A DNA stretch of 64,000 bases from a virus. Below the pieces are notes generated by a model. It did no database searches. It was not told the origin of the DNA and saw nothing but the letters and a program-made list of their open reading frames with translations. The position numbers and the translations under genes were made by a program. This document shows, piece by piece, positions 39,239-49,119 of this stretch. The stretch covers positions 6,146-70,145 of IMG/VR virus record IMGVR_UViG_3300044742_000097; one strand, written 5' to 3'. The first letter of the stretch is position 1. Every line of letters begins with the position of its first letter.

Positions 39239-39828
39239 GAGACATCTTCGATCACAAGGTCGTATCGAGCACGGAGTTTCGGGGAGTGCAGAGCGTACTT
39301 GGTATGCTCGATCCGAAGCTGGTTATCGTAGCGGACTGGAAGACTCGCGAGGGGACGATCGAGTTGCACAAGGGGCTCCATTGGATAAACCTGGAGCTGG
39401 CCGAGTTCCTAGGCGCGTCGAGTTCTGAGCAGTTCGAGGAGCTAGCGGACGTGCTCCACTTCCTCGTGGAGTTCTGTATTCTGTGCGGAATCGATCACAC
39501 CGTCATCGACGAGGAGAAGGACCTGGACCGTCTGGATGTGGTCTTCAATGCGTCCCTCGGCGATCCGTTCGTATTCGAGGACGCACACACGAACGCCCGA
39601 TTTACCATGCACTCTGTTCTTCACGTCGCCGAGCTGCTAAAGAACAAACCGTGGAAACAGACCCTCAAGCTCGAACGAAACGAGAAGGATTTCATCCGAC
39701 GGGTAAAGGGAATGTGGTACTGGTACGGAGCGACTTGTCGTACGGCGGGCATGACTCCGCAGAACCTCTATGACGAATTCGTCCGGAAAGAAGAAATCAA
39801 TCACAACCGAGTGGCTACTGGAGTATGA
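39223..39828 (+). CDS. all-alpha dNTP pyrophosphatase (dimeric dUTPase/dCTPase-like)
   Basis: ELAE...EELAD.LHF, KNKPWK, K..IN..R. Confidence 0.75.
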   Translation: MEDRLRDIFDHKVVSSTEFRGVQSVLGMLDPKLVIVADWKTREGTIELHKGLHWINLELAEFLGASSSEQFEELADVLHFLVEFCILCGIDHTVIDEEKDLDRLDVVFNASLGDPFVFEDAHTNARFTMHSVLHVAELLKNKPWKQTLKLERNEKDFIRRVKGMWYWYGATCRTAGMTPQNLYDEFVRKEEINHNRVATGV

Positions 39829-39921
39829 TCTTCTTCAGGGAGAGTCCAAAGAAGCGACGAGGACGATGGGCGTACTGCGATCACTGTCGACGGTTTCCTT
39901 GTATTTATCCGGAGTGCCAAA

Positions 39922-40719
39922 ATGCTAACCCGCCTAATCCGCCACCTGGTCCGAACCGAGCCGGTGTTCCGCGGCGGACTCTACAAGCTGTTCAACGGAC
40001 TGACTTGGGAGGAGAAACGGCTACCGTCGTTGACCTACGACGACATAGGCTACAAAAACAACAAGGACGGACAGCTCCGGAAGAACTATATCAACCAGGA
40101 GGAGCTAGAGCGCGTAGACTCTATCTTGAAGCGACGGGCTGGTGGACGAGGCCATCACAATACTTCAGTCGCTCTGAGTTTTCGTGGCGAAAAGAAGGCA
40201 AGCAAGTCCCAGGGGTGGTGCTTACTTTCACTCGTTGTAAGCCGAATGAGAAGCCCGGCCCGGGAAGTCGTCGAGATTCACTACCGTTCGACGGAAGCGA
40301 TTTTTAAGTTCCACGCAGACCTCGTTCTCCTGAATTGGGTCTTCGAGCGACTTTCACTAAATCCGGACGCCGTGAAGTTCCGATTCGCGAACATACACCT
40401 GTCCGGCGTGTACCTCCCGGTCCTCTTTCAGTACTGGGATCAGGCGGACTTTATTGACTTCGTAGACCGGACCGATCCGGACTTCTTCAAGCGGGGACTC
40501 CGCTGGTTCCTCCGATCCTCGTACAAGAAAGACCAGTGGTTCCCCTTCTCGCCAGAGAACGTCATGCACAAGCTTAACTGGGAGCGCGGCGATCCGAAGG
40601 CGGCCGTGAAAATACTTGATCCGTTGTTCCGCAAATACGGGTATGATTTACCTCGCCTTCATCACCAGAAGGAAACTTACGTGACGCGCCGAAAACAAAG
40701 TATGGAGGAAGAACAATGA
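39922..40719 (+). CDS. divergent thymidylate-synthase-fold protein
   Basis: WCL...IHYRSTEAIFKFHADL...ANIH aligns to TS PC...YQRSCD..LG.PFN...D.H. Confidence 0.55.
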   Translation: MLTRLIRHLVRTEPVFRGGLYKLFNGLTWEEKRLPSLTYDDIGYKNNKDGQLRKNYINQEELERVDSILKRRAGGRGHHNTSVALSFRGEKKASKSQGWCLLSLVVSRMRSPAREVVEIHYRSTEAIFKFHADLVLLNWVFERLSLNPDAVKFRFANIHLSGVYLPVLFQYWDQADFIDFVDRTDPDFFKRGLRWFLRSSYKKDQWFPFSPENVMHKLNWERGDPKAAVKILDPLFRKYGYDLPRLHHQKETYVTRRKQSMEEEQ

Positions 40720-41072
40720 AGCTCTGCTTAATAGGTTCGACCCGGTTCATGGAACTCTACGTCGCAACGAATCGAGCACTTACGCTCCGGGGACACGTCG
40801 TCTATACCGTCGCGACGATTTCCACGGCCTCGGCAATGAAGCCGACCGAGGAGTCTCCGATCACTCCCGAGGAGAAAGAGATCCTTGACCTGGTCCATCT
40901 CAAGAAGATCCAAGAGTCAGAGGCGGTCGTACTCATCACGGACGAGACCAACTACTTCGGCGACTCGACCCGCCGCGAGATGCTCTGGGCACAGATGAAC
41001 GCGAAGCCGATCTACACGATCTTCCAGCTCGATCTGATCGGTGGAGTACTTCACCCGAAGGAGTTCCTATGA
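40716..41072 (+). CDS. nucleoside 2-deoxyribosyltransferase-like protein
   Basis: LIGS.RF, H..KI..SEAV, Y.G.ST..E..WA....KPI. Confidence 0.55.
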   Translation: MKLCLIGSTRFMELYVATNRALTLRGHVVYTVATISTASAMKPTEESPITPEEKEILDLVHLKKIQESEAVVLITDETNYFGDSTRREMLWAQMNAKPIYTIFQLDLIGGVLHPKEFL

Positions 41073-41992
41073 GACCTCTTTGCATATACCATGGGAACTG
41101 CGCGGACGGATTCGGCTCGGCCTGGGTCGTGTGGCGATTCTTCGGTGGCTTCGTGGAACTCTTCCCCGGGATTTATCAGAATCCGCCACCGGACGTGAAG
41201 GACCGGGACGTGATCATCGTAGACTTCTCCTACAAGCGGCCGGTCATGCAGGAGATCGCGGCGAAGGCCAAATCGGTTCTCGTTCTCGATCACCACAAGA
41301 CAGCGATGGAAGATCTTACGCCGAAGGACAATTTCATTGCGATGTTCAACCCCACCTGGGAGGGGTTCCAGGGGAACGTCGCACAGGACGTGGTTGAGGG
41401 AGCTGGGACACAGATCTACGTCGTCTTCGACATGAACCGATCTGGGTCGGGGATTACCTGGGACTTCTTTTACCCCGACGAGAAACGACCGACACTCATC
41501 AACCACATCGAAGATCGCGACCTTTGGAAGTTCGCGCTACCTCATACTCGGGAGATTCAGGCGGCTCTGTTCTCCTACGAGTACGAGATCGACCTCTGGG
41601 ACCAGCTTATCAACGACGTGAACCTGTTCGGAACCGATGACATGGTTATGGAAGGGGCGGCGATCGAGCGGAAGCATCACAAGGATATCGCCGAGCTTCT
41701 CAAGGTCACTACCCGAGACATGATCATCGGCGGCGTCGTCGTCCCGGTCGCGAACCTGCCCTATACCATGACCTCGGACGCGGGGCATAAGCTGTGTGAG
41801 AAGTTCGACGCACCGTTCGCGGCTTGTTACTGGGATACTCCGGAGGGTCGGCAGTTCTCGCTTCGGTCTCGTGAGGGCGGCACGGACGTAGGAGAGATAG
41901 CGAAACAGTACGGAGGCGGCGGACATAAGAACGCGTCAGGCTTTCGTATCCCCTGGGGCGAACATGATCTAGCGCAAGGCGAGCCTCCGTGA
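41069..41992 (+). CDS. DHH/DHHA1 phosphoesterase
   Basis: YH.NC.DG, DFS, LDHH, GGGGHKNASG. Confidence 0.9.
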   Translation: MRPLCIYHGNCADGFGSAWVVWRFFGGFVELFPGIYQNPPPDVKDRDVIIVDFSYKRPVMQEIAAKAKSVLVLDHHKTAMEDLTPKDNFIAMFNPTWEGFQGNVAQDVVEGAGTQIYVVFDMNRSGSGITWDFFYPDEKRPTLINHIEDRDLWKFALPHTREIQAALFSYEYEIDLWDQLINDVNLFGTDDMVMEGAAIERKHHKDIAELLKVTTRDMIIGGVVVPVANLPYTMTSDAGHKLCEKFDAPFAACYWDTPEGRQFSLRSREGGTDVGEIAKQYGGGGHKNASGFRIPWGEHDLAQGEPP

Positions 41993-42167
41993 ACCGCGTC
42001 GAGATCCTAGAACAGGTCAAGCGATTCGGGCGAGCAGTCCGGTCTATTCCCGATACGAGAATCAAGATCGAAGGCGAGCAGCCGATGACCGAAGCGCAGG
42101 CAATCGCGTGGATCGAGCGACAGAGCCTCATCCAGTGCCCATGCTGTGGAAAATACAGGAAGAAGAA

Positions 42168-42551
42168 ATGAGAATCGCAATCACGGGTGTTCCACACGGG
42201 GGCAAGACCTATACGGCCAAGCTCCTCAGCGCCGTCCTCGAAATCCCCTATAGTGGGACAGACGACGTAATGCACCTGGAGTGGAGCGAGGGCAGCCGGA
42301 TCGTGAGCGAGTGGTTCGATAAGCCGGGGCCGTGGATCATTGAAGGTGTTGTTGTGCCTCGGGCAATCCGGAAGTGGAGGGCTCGATTCGCGGACGACAA
42401 GCCAATCCCAGATCCGCCCTTCGACAAGCTCATCGTCTTACGGGGGACGGGATCGACGCTGCTTCGCGGTCAGGAAATCATGGGCAAGCAGGTCCTCGGA
42501 CTCATCGACACGTACAAAGACTGGATCGGAGAGAGGTGGATAGAAATATGA
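42168..42551 (+). CDS. small P-loop kinase-like protein
   Basis: IAITGVPHGGKT, TDD, WIIEG. Confidence 0.75.
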   Translation: MRIAITGVPHGGKTYTAKLLSAVLEIPYSGTDDVMHLEWSEGSRIVSEWFDKPGPWIIEGVVVPRAIRKWRARFADDKPIPDPPFDKLIVLRGTGSTLLRGQEIMGKQVLGLIDTYKDWIGERWIEI

Positions 42552-42913
42552 TACTGCTAGAATTTCCGCTAGAGGCACTCCAAACCCTAGGGCCAGATCA
42601 GCTCCCTCGGGTACGGGTAGCGTTTCCGCAGGGGTCGCAGATTCTCCACCTGGGATCGACCGGGCCGGACAAGCCCATCTGTCTCTGTGTCCTCGCGCCA
42701 CTCCGACCGAAGAACGCCGACGGCACCGTCAAGGAGCTTGCTCCTCACGAGGTAGCGGTCCTGGAGTTCATCGTCGCGGTTCCGGGCAATCTTGTGCCAG
42801 AGGGATACGTCTTCCGCGCTCCGGTCCGAACACCCGAGGGCGGACTAATTTATCTATTCGAGAAAAGAGACACCTCCCCACTACTCGTTCCAGGAAGGAT
42901 AGCACGAGCATGA
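42548..42913 (+). CDS. hypothetical protein
   Basis: ATG overlapping upstream stop; fills operon. Confidence 0.5.
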   Translation: MILLEFPLEALQTLGPDQLPRVRVAFPQGSQILHLGSTGPDKPICLCVLAPLRPKNADGTVKELAPHEVAVLEFIVAVPGNLVPEGYVFRAPVRTPEGGLIYLFEKRDTSPLLVPGRIARA

Positions 42914-43761
42914 GAACCTACGCAAATTTCGAGCGGGCCATCGAATCGATCGGAGACCTCATGCGAGTCATGTCGTACGAGGTCAAGGGGGCAAGGTGGC
43001 AGTCGATCGACGTATCGACGAAGCCAGAGATGCGGATGAAGGAGGTCCTCAATGTCTCCTTTCAGGTCATGACGCAGGGGATCGAGGAACCGACTTACTA
43101 CCACAACGACATCCAACCAAACTATCCGTGGGCCGAAGACCATTTTCAGGAGCGGGTCGCGGGGCAGCCTCTGAATCCCGGCGAGCAGTGGAAGAACTGG
43201 CCCTGGGCCCTCTCGGCCGACAAATTCCGAACCGAAGGCGAGAAGTTCAGCCATACCTACATGGAACGGTACTGGCCGAAGAACGCGGGCTCTAAACCGG
43301 GCGAGCTTACCTCCAATGGCTTCGACTGTGGAGAATTCGCTCGACACGGGATTCGGTACAAGTACGGAGACCTTAACGATGTCGTCAACCATCTACTGGG
43401 AGATCCGCTCTCGCGACAAGCGTACCTCCCTATCTGGTTTCCGGAGGACACCGGCGTTGTCCATGGCGAGCGCGTTCCGTGTAGCCTGGGCTACCACTGG
43501 ATTCTCCGTAACGGATATCTCCATACCACGTATTACATCCGCTCCTGCGATTTCTACCGTCACTTCCGAGACGATCTATACCTGAGCATCCGCCTCTCGA
43601 TCTGGCTCCTCCAGCAGCTCCGAGAGACAGAACAGGCGTCGGATCATCGCCGCTGGAACGACGTGAAACTCGGTTTCTTCGTTTTCCACTGCGTATCCAT
43701 GCATATGTTCGTAAACGACTGGAACAAGCTGTATGGCCAAGCTGATTCTGAAAGTCCCTGA
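42910..43761 (+). CDS. thymidylate-synthase-family pyrimidine-modifying enzyme, Asp-type (probably dCMP-acting)
   Basis: DP.SRQA..IW, VPC, YIRSCDFYRHFRDD, SMH; Asp at the position of E. coli ThyA Asn177. Confidence 0.8.
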   Translation: MRTYANFERAIESIGDLMRVMSYEVKGARWQSIDVSTKPEMRMKEVLNVSFQVMTQGIEEPTYYHNDIQPNYPWAEDHFQERVAGQPLNPGEQWKNWPWALSADKFRTEGEKFSHTYMERYWPKNAGSKPGELTSNGFDCGEFARHGIRYKYGDLNDVVNHLLGDPLSRQAYLPIWFPEDTGVVHGERVPCSLGYHWILRNGYLHTTYYIRSCDFYRHFRDDLYLSIRLSIWLLQQLRETEQASDHRRWNDVKLGFFVFHCVSMHMFVNDWNKLYGQADSESP

Positions 43762-43988
43762 GGATCTTACGTTCCAGCGAATCTACGATCGTGAGAGGAA
43801 CGGACTCCGGTGTGTCGAATACCAGTGCGAGCGATACCCCGACCTACGTATCCGGTCGCAAGGTCCTCCCGCCAACTGGTGGGACTGGACGGCGTACTAC
43901 GTCCTCGATTCAGCCCTAAACATCGAGGGGTTTATGAATCTGCGTAGAGCCTACAACTTTCTGATGTCAAGACCCAGGAGGGTAGTCC

Positions 43989-44423
43989 GTGACAAGAATA
44001 TCCCGCGACGAGATGCTGATGGACATCGCATTAGTCGTAAAGCTGAGAAGCACGTGTCTTCGACGTCAGGTCGGAGCCGTCCTTGCCGTTGACGGTCGTG
44101 TTCTATCCTCCGGATACAACGGAGCGCCCGGCGGCCTTCCGCATTGCATTCCTCAGACATGCAGTGACGAGCGGCCGTGTATCGATACCGTCCATGGCGA
44201 GGCTAATGCGATCGCCTTTGCCGCCCGCTACGGAATCCGGATTGAGGGATCCACGCTTTACACCACGGCATCCCCTTGTCGGGCCTGCGCAATCCTCCTT
44301 ATCAACGCTGGCATCATTCGCGTGGTCTATGACGAACGCTACCGAGATACTACGCCGATCGAAGTGATGGAAAAGGCCGGAGTCGTCGTCGAGCGTTGGG
44401 TTCCAGTCGATGCCCTCCCTTAA
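43989..44423 (+). CDS. dCMP deaminase
   Basis: RSTC.RRQVGAV, GYNG, HGEANA, PC..C. Confidence 0.92.
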   Translation: MTRISRDEMLMDIALVVKLRSTCLRRQVGAVLAVDGRVLSSGYNGAPGGLPHCIPQTCSDERPCIDTVHGEANAIAFAARYGIRIEGSTLYTTASPCRACAILLINAGIIRVVYDERYRDTTPIEVMEKAGVVVERWVPVDALP

Positions 44424-46965
44424 TCCTGCCTGTGAGAAGTGCGGTCTCTATAAGACCACCACGGGGACCGTCTGTTTGGCAGGTGAGGGGCCGAGAGACG
44501 CTAAGGTCATGGTCGTCGGCGAGGCTCCCGGTCGTGAAGAGGAAAGGACCGGCCGACCGTTCATGGGATCATCGGGAAAGAAGCTGCGAGAGGAGCTACG
44601 CAAGAATGGTCTGGACGTATTCATTACTAACACGGTTCGCTGTCGACCACCGGACAATCGGACTCCTAGTGCGGCAGAAATCAAGGCTTGTCGTGAGTAC
44701 CTCGACTACGAGATTGGGCGAATCAAGCCTGAGATCGTTGTATCGCTCGGAGCTACACCCACGAAAGCTCTCTTCAAGGGCGTCGCGGCAGTCTCGAAAC
44801 ATCACGGGAAGCTAATCCCTCCCGACAAGCACCCGTTCACAGGCTACGTCTCCTACCACCCCGCGGCTATGCTCTATAACCCCGGTCTGGAGGTAGACTT
44901 CCAACGGGATATCGCCCGGCTTGCGCGGATCGTACGCGACGAACCTCCGCCGGACAATACGCTTAACTGGAGTATTCTCAGGAGAGGGAACCTTCAGAAG
45001 TTCCTCCGTGAGTTCCGCGCGGCACCTGAGTTCTCGTTCGACTTGGAAACCTCCGGCCTCTTCATGCACGACGGAAAAGGCTGGATCAACTGCGTCGGTA
45101 TCGGCCTGAAGAATCGGACGTGGGTTATCCCGAGGATGCGACCGGGCTGGTATCCGTCGCGAGCTAATCCAAAAAAGCTCAAGTTCCACCGAGGCTCGCC
45201 GTGGTGTCGTGGGAAGTCCTTCGAGTTCCTCATGCGGATGATTATCGGCATGGCGATCCGGGGGAACAAGGGAGTCATTGCACAGAACGGAAAGTTCGAT
45301 AACCTCTGGCTACAGCGCTACGTCAAGCGTCGCTTTAGGATCACGTTCGATACGATGCTCGCGAGCCACACGCTCGACGAGAACGAGGACCATGATCTTA
45401 AGTCGATGTCCCGTAAGCACCTAGACGTGCCCGAGTACGATCTGACGACCGCCGAGAAGCGCGGCATAGTCGATCCGATGAAGCTGTTTCAGTATAACGC
45501 CCGGGACTGCGGATATACCCTCCGCCTGAAGAAGGTCTTTCAGGAAAGGCTTGAGGAAGAAAAAGACCTGTTCCGGCTGTTCTATGAGCTCGTCATGCCA
45601 GCCGTCCGGGCAATGGAGGATATCGAGCTAGAGGGTAAGACGATGAACGTCGAAGCCCTGGATATGCTCGGGCTCGATCTTCTGTCCCGAGAGATCAAGC
45701 TCAAACGAGCGCTGAATAAGCTCGTCGGCAAAGAAGTAAACTGGGGATCGCCGAAGCAAGTTGGTGTGGTGCTCTACGAGGACCTCGGGATCAAGTGCAC
45801 TCTCAAGACCCCGAAGGGAGCAAACTCCACGTCCGAGGCGGCGATTCTCGATCTCAAGGGGAAGCACCCGGTCGTCGACAAACTCATAGAGTATCGCGAA
45901 GTCGCGAAATTCAGGAGTACCTATGTCATCGGTTTCAAAGAACTTATGGTCGATGACCGGCTCTACATTTCCTACAAGATACACGGTACAGTTACCGGAA
46001 GGTACTCTTCTCGCATTCACTCAATACCGCGAGATGGTTCAGTTCGGAATCTGGTTATCGCTCCTCCCGGGTGGAAGTTCTTCCAGGCCGACATCTCACA
46101 AGCCGAGTTGAGGATTATTGCCCAGATGTCGGGCGACCTCGAAATGAGGAAGTGCTTCTTGGAGGGAATCGACATCCACTGGCGAACTCTCATGTTCGCT
46201 ATCGCGGCCGGTTATATCAAGGGCGACTATGCGCAGCGGGTAAAGGAGACGGCGAACCAGCTAATCCTTGGACACAAGGACGAGGACATATCCATTACCG
46301 AGGCGTGCGAGATCTGCCTCGATTACGGACACGAGAAAGCGATCGAGGTCTGGCCTGGCTGGAAAGAAGGTCGCAAGAAAGCCAAGGCGATCAACTTCGG
46401 GTACGTCTATGGGATGTATGAGAAGAAGTTCGTCCAGACCGCCAAAGAGAAATATCAATGGGAGCCGACATGGGACGAGGCACACGCCTGTCGAGAAGGC
46501 TACTTTCAGCTATACTCCGACTTACCCCGCTGGCACGAAAAGCAGAAAAAGCTCGTAAAGCTGAACGGCTTCGTCAGGACCTTCTTTGGCAGGAGGCGGA
46601 GGCTGCCCGGAATCGAATCAAGCGAGAAAGGGCTTCGCATGGAAGCCGAGCGGCAAGCGATCAACTCTCCGGTTCAAGGGACGATTGGTGACTGGAAGGC
46701 CGCGGTGCTCGTAGAGATGCACGAATTAGATCACGATAAGCTCCGCCTGGTCGGCGAGCATCACGACGCGCTCCTCGGGTTGGTTCGCGACGGCTGCGAG
46801 GACGAGATGTTGCCGAGGGTAATCGAAATCATCCGAAAGCCCCGATTGCTCCGTACCTTCAAGATCCGCATGGAGATCCCGATGGACGGCGAGATAGAGG
46901 TTGGCCCGTGGGGGGCTGGAAAGAAATACACGCCACCACTTCCAACCGTCGGCAAAGCGGCGTAG
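44410..46965 (+). CDS. polA: family A DNA polymerase with N-terminal family-4 uracil-DNA-glycosylase domain and 3'-5' exonuclease
   Basis: C..C, GEAPG..E, RCRPP, HPAA; FDLET, NGKFD, YNARD; DISQAELR, KAINFGYVYG, HD. Confidence 0.93.
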   Translation: MPSLNPACEKCGLYKTTTGTVCLAGEGPRDAKVMVVGEAPGREEERTGRPFMGSSGKKLREELRKNGLDVFITNTVRCRPPDNRTPSAAEIKACREYLDYEIGRIKPEIVVSLGATPTKALFKGVAAVSKHHGKLIPPDKHPFTGYVSYHPAAMLYNPGLEVDFQRDIARLARIVRDEPPPDNTLNWSILRRGNLQKFLREFRAAPEFSFDLETSGLFMHDGKGWINCVGIGLKNRTWVIPRMRPGWYPSRANPKKLKFHRGSPWCRGKSFEFLMRMIIGMAIRGNKGVIAQNGKFDNLWLQRYVKRRFRITFDTMLASHTLDENEDHDLKSMSRKHLDVPEYDLTTAEKRGIVDPMKLFQYNARDCGYTLRLKKVFQERLEEEKDLFRLFYELVMPAVRAMEDIELEGKTMNVEALDMLGLDLLSREIKLKRALNKLVGKEVNWGSPKQVGVVLYEDLGIKCTLKTPKGANSTSEAAILDLKGKHPVVDKLIEYREVAKFRSTYVIGFKELMVDDRLYISYKIHGTVTGRYSSRIHSIPRDGSVRNLVIAPPGWKFFQADISQAELRIIAQMSGDLEMRKCFLEGIDIHWRTLMFAIAAGYIKGDYAQRVKETANQLILGHKDEDISITEACEICLDYGHEKAIEVWPGWKEGRKKAKAINFGYVYGMYEKKFVQTAKEKYQWEPTWDEAHACREGYFQLYSDLPRWHEKQKKLVKLNGFVRTFFGRRRRLPGIESSEKGLRMEAERQAINSPVQGTIGDWKAAVLVEMHELDHDKLRLVGEHHDALLGLVRDGCEDEMLPRVIEIIRKPRLLRTFKIRMEIPMDGEIEVGPWGAGKKYTPPLPTVGKAA

Positions 46966-46990
46966 ACTTCGCAGCTCTAGGAGAACAACA

Positions 46991-47278
46991 ATGACGCCCG
47001 CACAAATCGAACGACTTGGCTTACTCGCAGAAGAAGCTGCCGAAGTCATCCAGGCGGTAGGAAAGATCCTCCGTCACGGATTCAGCTCGTACAACCCAGA
47101 CGATCCAGAGCAAAGGACCAACGACGTAACCCTGGCAATGGAACTCGGCGACATGGAGTATGCGATTAATCTGCTTGTAACTGCTAACGACATTTCGGTC
47201 GAAAACGTCGCTCGCGGCCGGGAACTGGCAAATCGAAAGAAGCCACAATACCTCCATTACCAGATTCCACGAGGCTAA
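46991..47278 (+). CDS. MazG-like protein
   Basis: EEAAEVIQAVGKILRHG...ELGD. Confidence 0.7.
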   Translation: MTPAQIERLGLLAEEAAEVIQAVGKILRHGFSSYNPDDPEQRTNDVTLAMELGDMEYAINLLVTANDISVENVARGRELANRKKPQYLHYQIPRG

Positions 47279-47279
47279 C

Positions 47280-48281
47280 ATGCCAAAAACGTCATATAGC
47301 GAAATCAAGCTCGCTCGGAAGTGTGCCAAAGCCTGGTACTACCGATACGTGGAGAACCTGAAGCGGAAACGGCCGTCCAGACCAGCGTTCATCGGTACGA
47401 TCCTCCACGAAATGATCGACGTGTGGATCAAGGCCAGGATACTTCCGAATTACATGAACGATCCTTGGAAGATCCTGGAGAAGTACAAGCGCGAGTACAA
47501 GGAGCTGTTCAAGTCTGAGAAAGAGGAGTTCGGGGACGTTCCACTCACGGCAGAGAAGCTGTTCGAGGGATACCTCCGACGCTGGCGCAAGGACGGCCTG
47601 ACCTACGAGCGCAGTGAAGCGCCGATAGTCACGGATCTCACGAAGGACATCCGACTCATCGGATTCATCGATGCAATCGCGATCGATAAGAGCGGCCGCC
47701 GGTTCGCGATCGACCACAAATTCCATAGGGTACTGCCCGGCCCCGAGGATCGATTCGCCGATATCCAAACCCTGCTCTATTTCTGGGCCTGGAATCAGTC
47801 GCACCCGAAGGCCGAACATCTCGACGGCGTTCTTTGGGACTACGGTCGGATGAAGATGCCCGCCGTCCCCGAGCTACTGAAGAACGGCGAGCTGACGAAG
47901 CGAGCGAACATCGATACCGATCAGCACACTTACCTGGAAGCGATCGAGGAGCACGGCCTCAATCGAAAGAAGTACCAGGACATACTCGACAAGCTCGAAG
48001 GCAAGGAGCGTACATTCTTCGAGCGCGTCCCACTACCGGCACCTCCCAAGAAGATGGTTGAGTCCGTAGTCGAGGACGCCCGCGCTACCGCCGTGATCCG
48101 TAAGACGCTCCGCGAGATCGCGCCGAGGAGTCAGAGCGGCTTTAACTGCCGCACCTGTGATTACCGTTCCGTCTGCGAGGCTGAGGTTCGCGGACTCGAT
48201 CATCAGTTCGTGAGAAAGAGAGACTACATTATCGAAGAACATCAAGGAGATTGGGGCGATGCCGAAGAAGATCTTGCGTAA
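47280..48281 (+). CDS. PD-(D/E)XK RecB/Cas4-like exonuclease
   Basis: SYS....C...WYY.Y, GT..H, G.ID, IDHK, Q..LY, C..C.Y...C. Confidence 0.85.
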   Translation: MPKTSYSEIKLARKCAKAWYYRYVENLKRKRPSRPAFIGTILHEMIDVWIKARILPNYMNDPWKILEKYKREYKELFKSEKEEFGDVPLTAEKLFEGYLRRWRKDGLTYERSEAPIVTDLTKDIRLIGFIDAIAIDKSGRRFAIDHKFHRVLPGPEDRFADIQTLLYFWAWNQSHPKAEHLDGVLWDYGRMKMPAVPELLKNGELTKRANIDTDQHTYLEAIEEHGLNRKKYQDILDKLEGKERTFFERVPLPAPPKKMVESVVEDARATAVIRKTLREIAPRSQSGFNCRTCDYRSVCEAEVRGLDHQFVRKRDYIIEEHQGDWGDAEEDLA

Positions 48282-49119
48282 GACCAAGAAGAACCGACTT
48301 CCCTCTGTGGTCCGAGGAATCAAGAGCATTAAGGAGCTGGCCGAGAATATCGTTGCGCTGTTCTATGGGAAGTCCGGCCGAGGGAAGACCAAGACGGCGG
48401 CGACGTTCCCCGGCCCGATCCTTTTCATCGACATCAATAACGAGAGAGGACTCAAGACTATCCGAAAGGTCAGGGGAGTTGAAGTCGCGAAGGTCCAGAG
48501 CTGGGAGGACTTCACCGACCTCTACTGGTGGCTACGCGGAGGCACAAAATTCAAGACGGTCGTCCTAGACCAGATCACGGGACTCCAGGACCTCTGTATG
48601 AAGGCGGTCCGAGAACACTTCAGGATGGACGACGACGAAGCCTTTCAGGGTTTCAAGAAGTTCGGCAAGCTATCGGGAGACATGAAGCAGTGGCTCCAGT
48701 CGTACCGAGAGCTATCCGATACGTACAACGTCGTCTTCATAGCTCACGAGCGGGCGTTCGACTCCGACAGCGAGGGAGACGTCAACGACCTGGACCCCTC
48801 TGTGTCGGCCCGGGTCATGCCCTCGATCGGCTCGTTCATCGAAGGCGCCTGTGATATTATCGGACAGTGCTATATCCGAAAGTCCAAGGAGAAAAACAAG
48901 AAGACTGGGAAGCCGATCGTCCGAACCGAGTACTGCATGCGCGTAGGTCCTCACCCGATCTATGCGACCAAGATTCGACGCCCACCGGACTATGGCAAGC
49001 TGCCAGAGTTCATCGTCGATCCCTCTTACCAGAAGCTCGTGGCCATCGAGGCTGGTGAGAATTTCAACAACGTTGTGAAGAAGGAGAAGAAGCATGGCAA
49101 GACCGAAGCCCGCGCGTAA
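48259..49119 (+). CDS. AAA_24 / Sak4-like ATPase
   Basis: LFYGKSGRGKT, TVVLD, VVFIAHE. Confidence 0.8.
   Translation: MPKKILRKTKKNRLPSVVRGIKSIKELAENIVALFYGKSGRGKTKTAATFPGPILFIDINNERGLKTIRKVRGVEVAKVQSWEDFTDLYWWLRGGTKFKTVVLDQITGLQDLCMKAVREHFRMDDDEAFQGFKKFGKLSGDMKQWLQSYRELSDTYNVVFIAHERAFDSDSEGDVNDLDPSVSARVMPSIGSFIEGACDIIGQCYIRKSKEKNKKTGKPIVRTEYCMRVGPHPIYATKIRRPPDYGKLPEFIVDPSYQKLVAIEAGENFNNVVKKEKKHGKTEARA

Noticed and set aside
39825-40307. 160-aa ORF overlapping the TS-like gene
   Set aside because: Mostly out-of-frame overlap with the better supported 39922-40719; only the short Cys-rich start could be real.
47280-48281. CRISPR-Cas system
   Set aside because: Solo RecB/Cas4-like nuclease in a recombination cluster; no repeat-spacer array or other cas genes seen.
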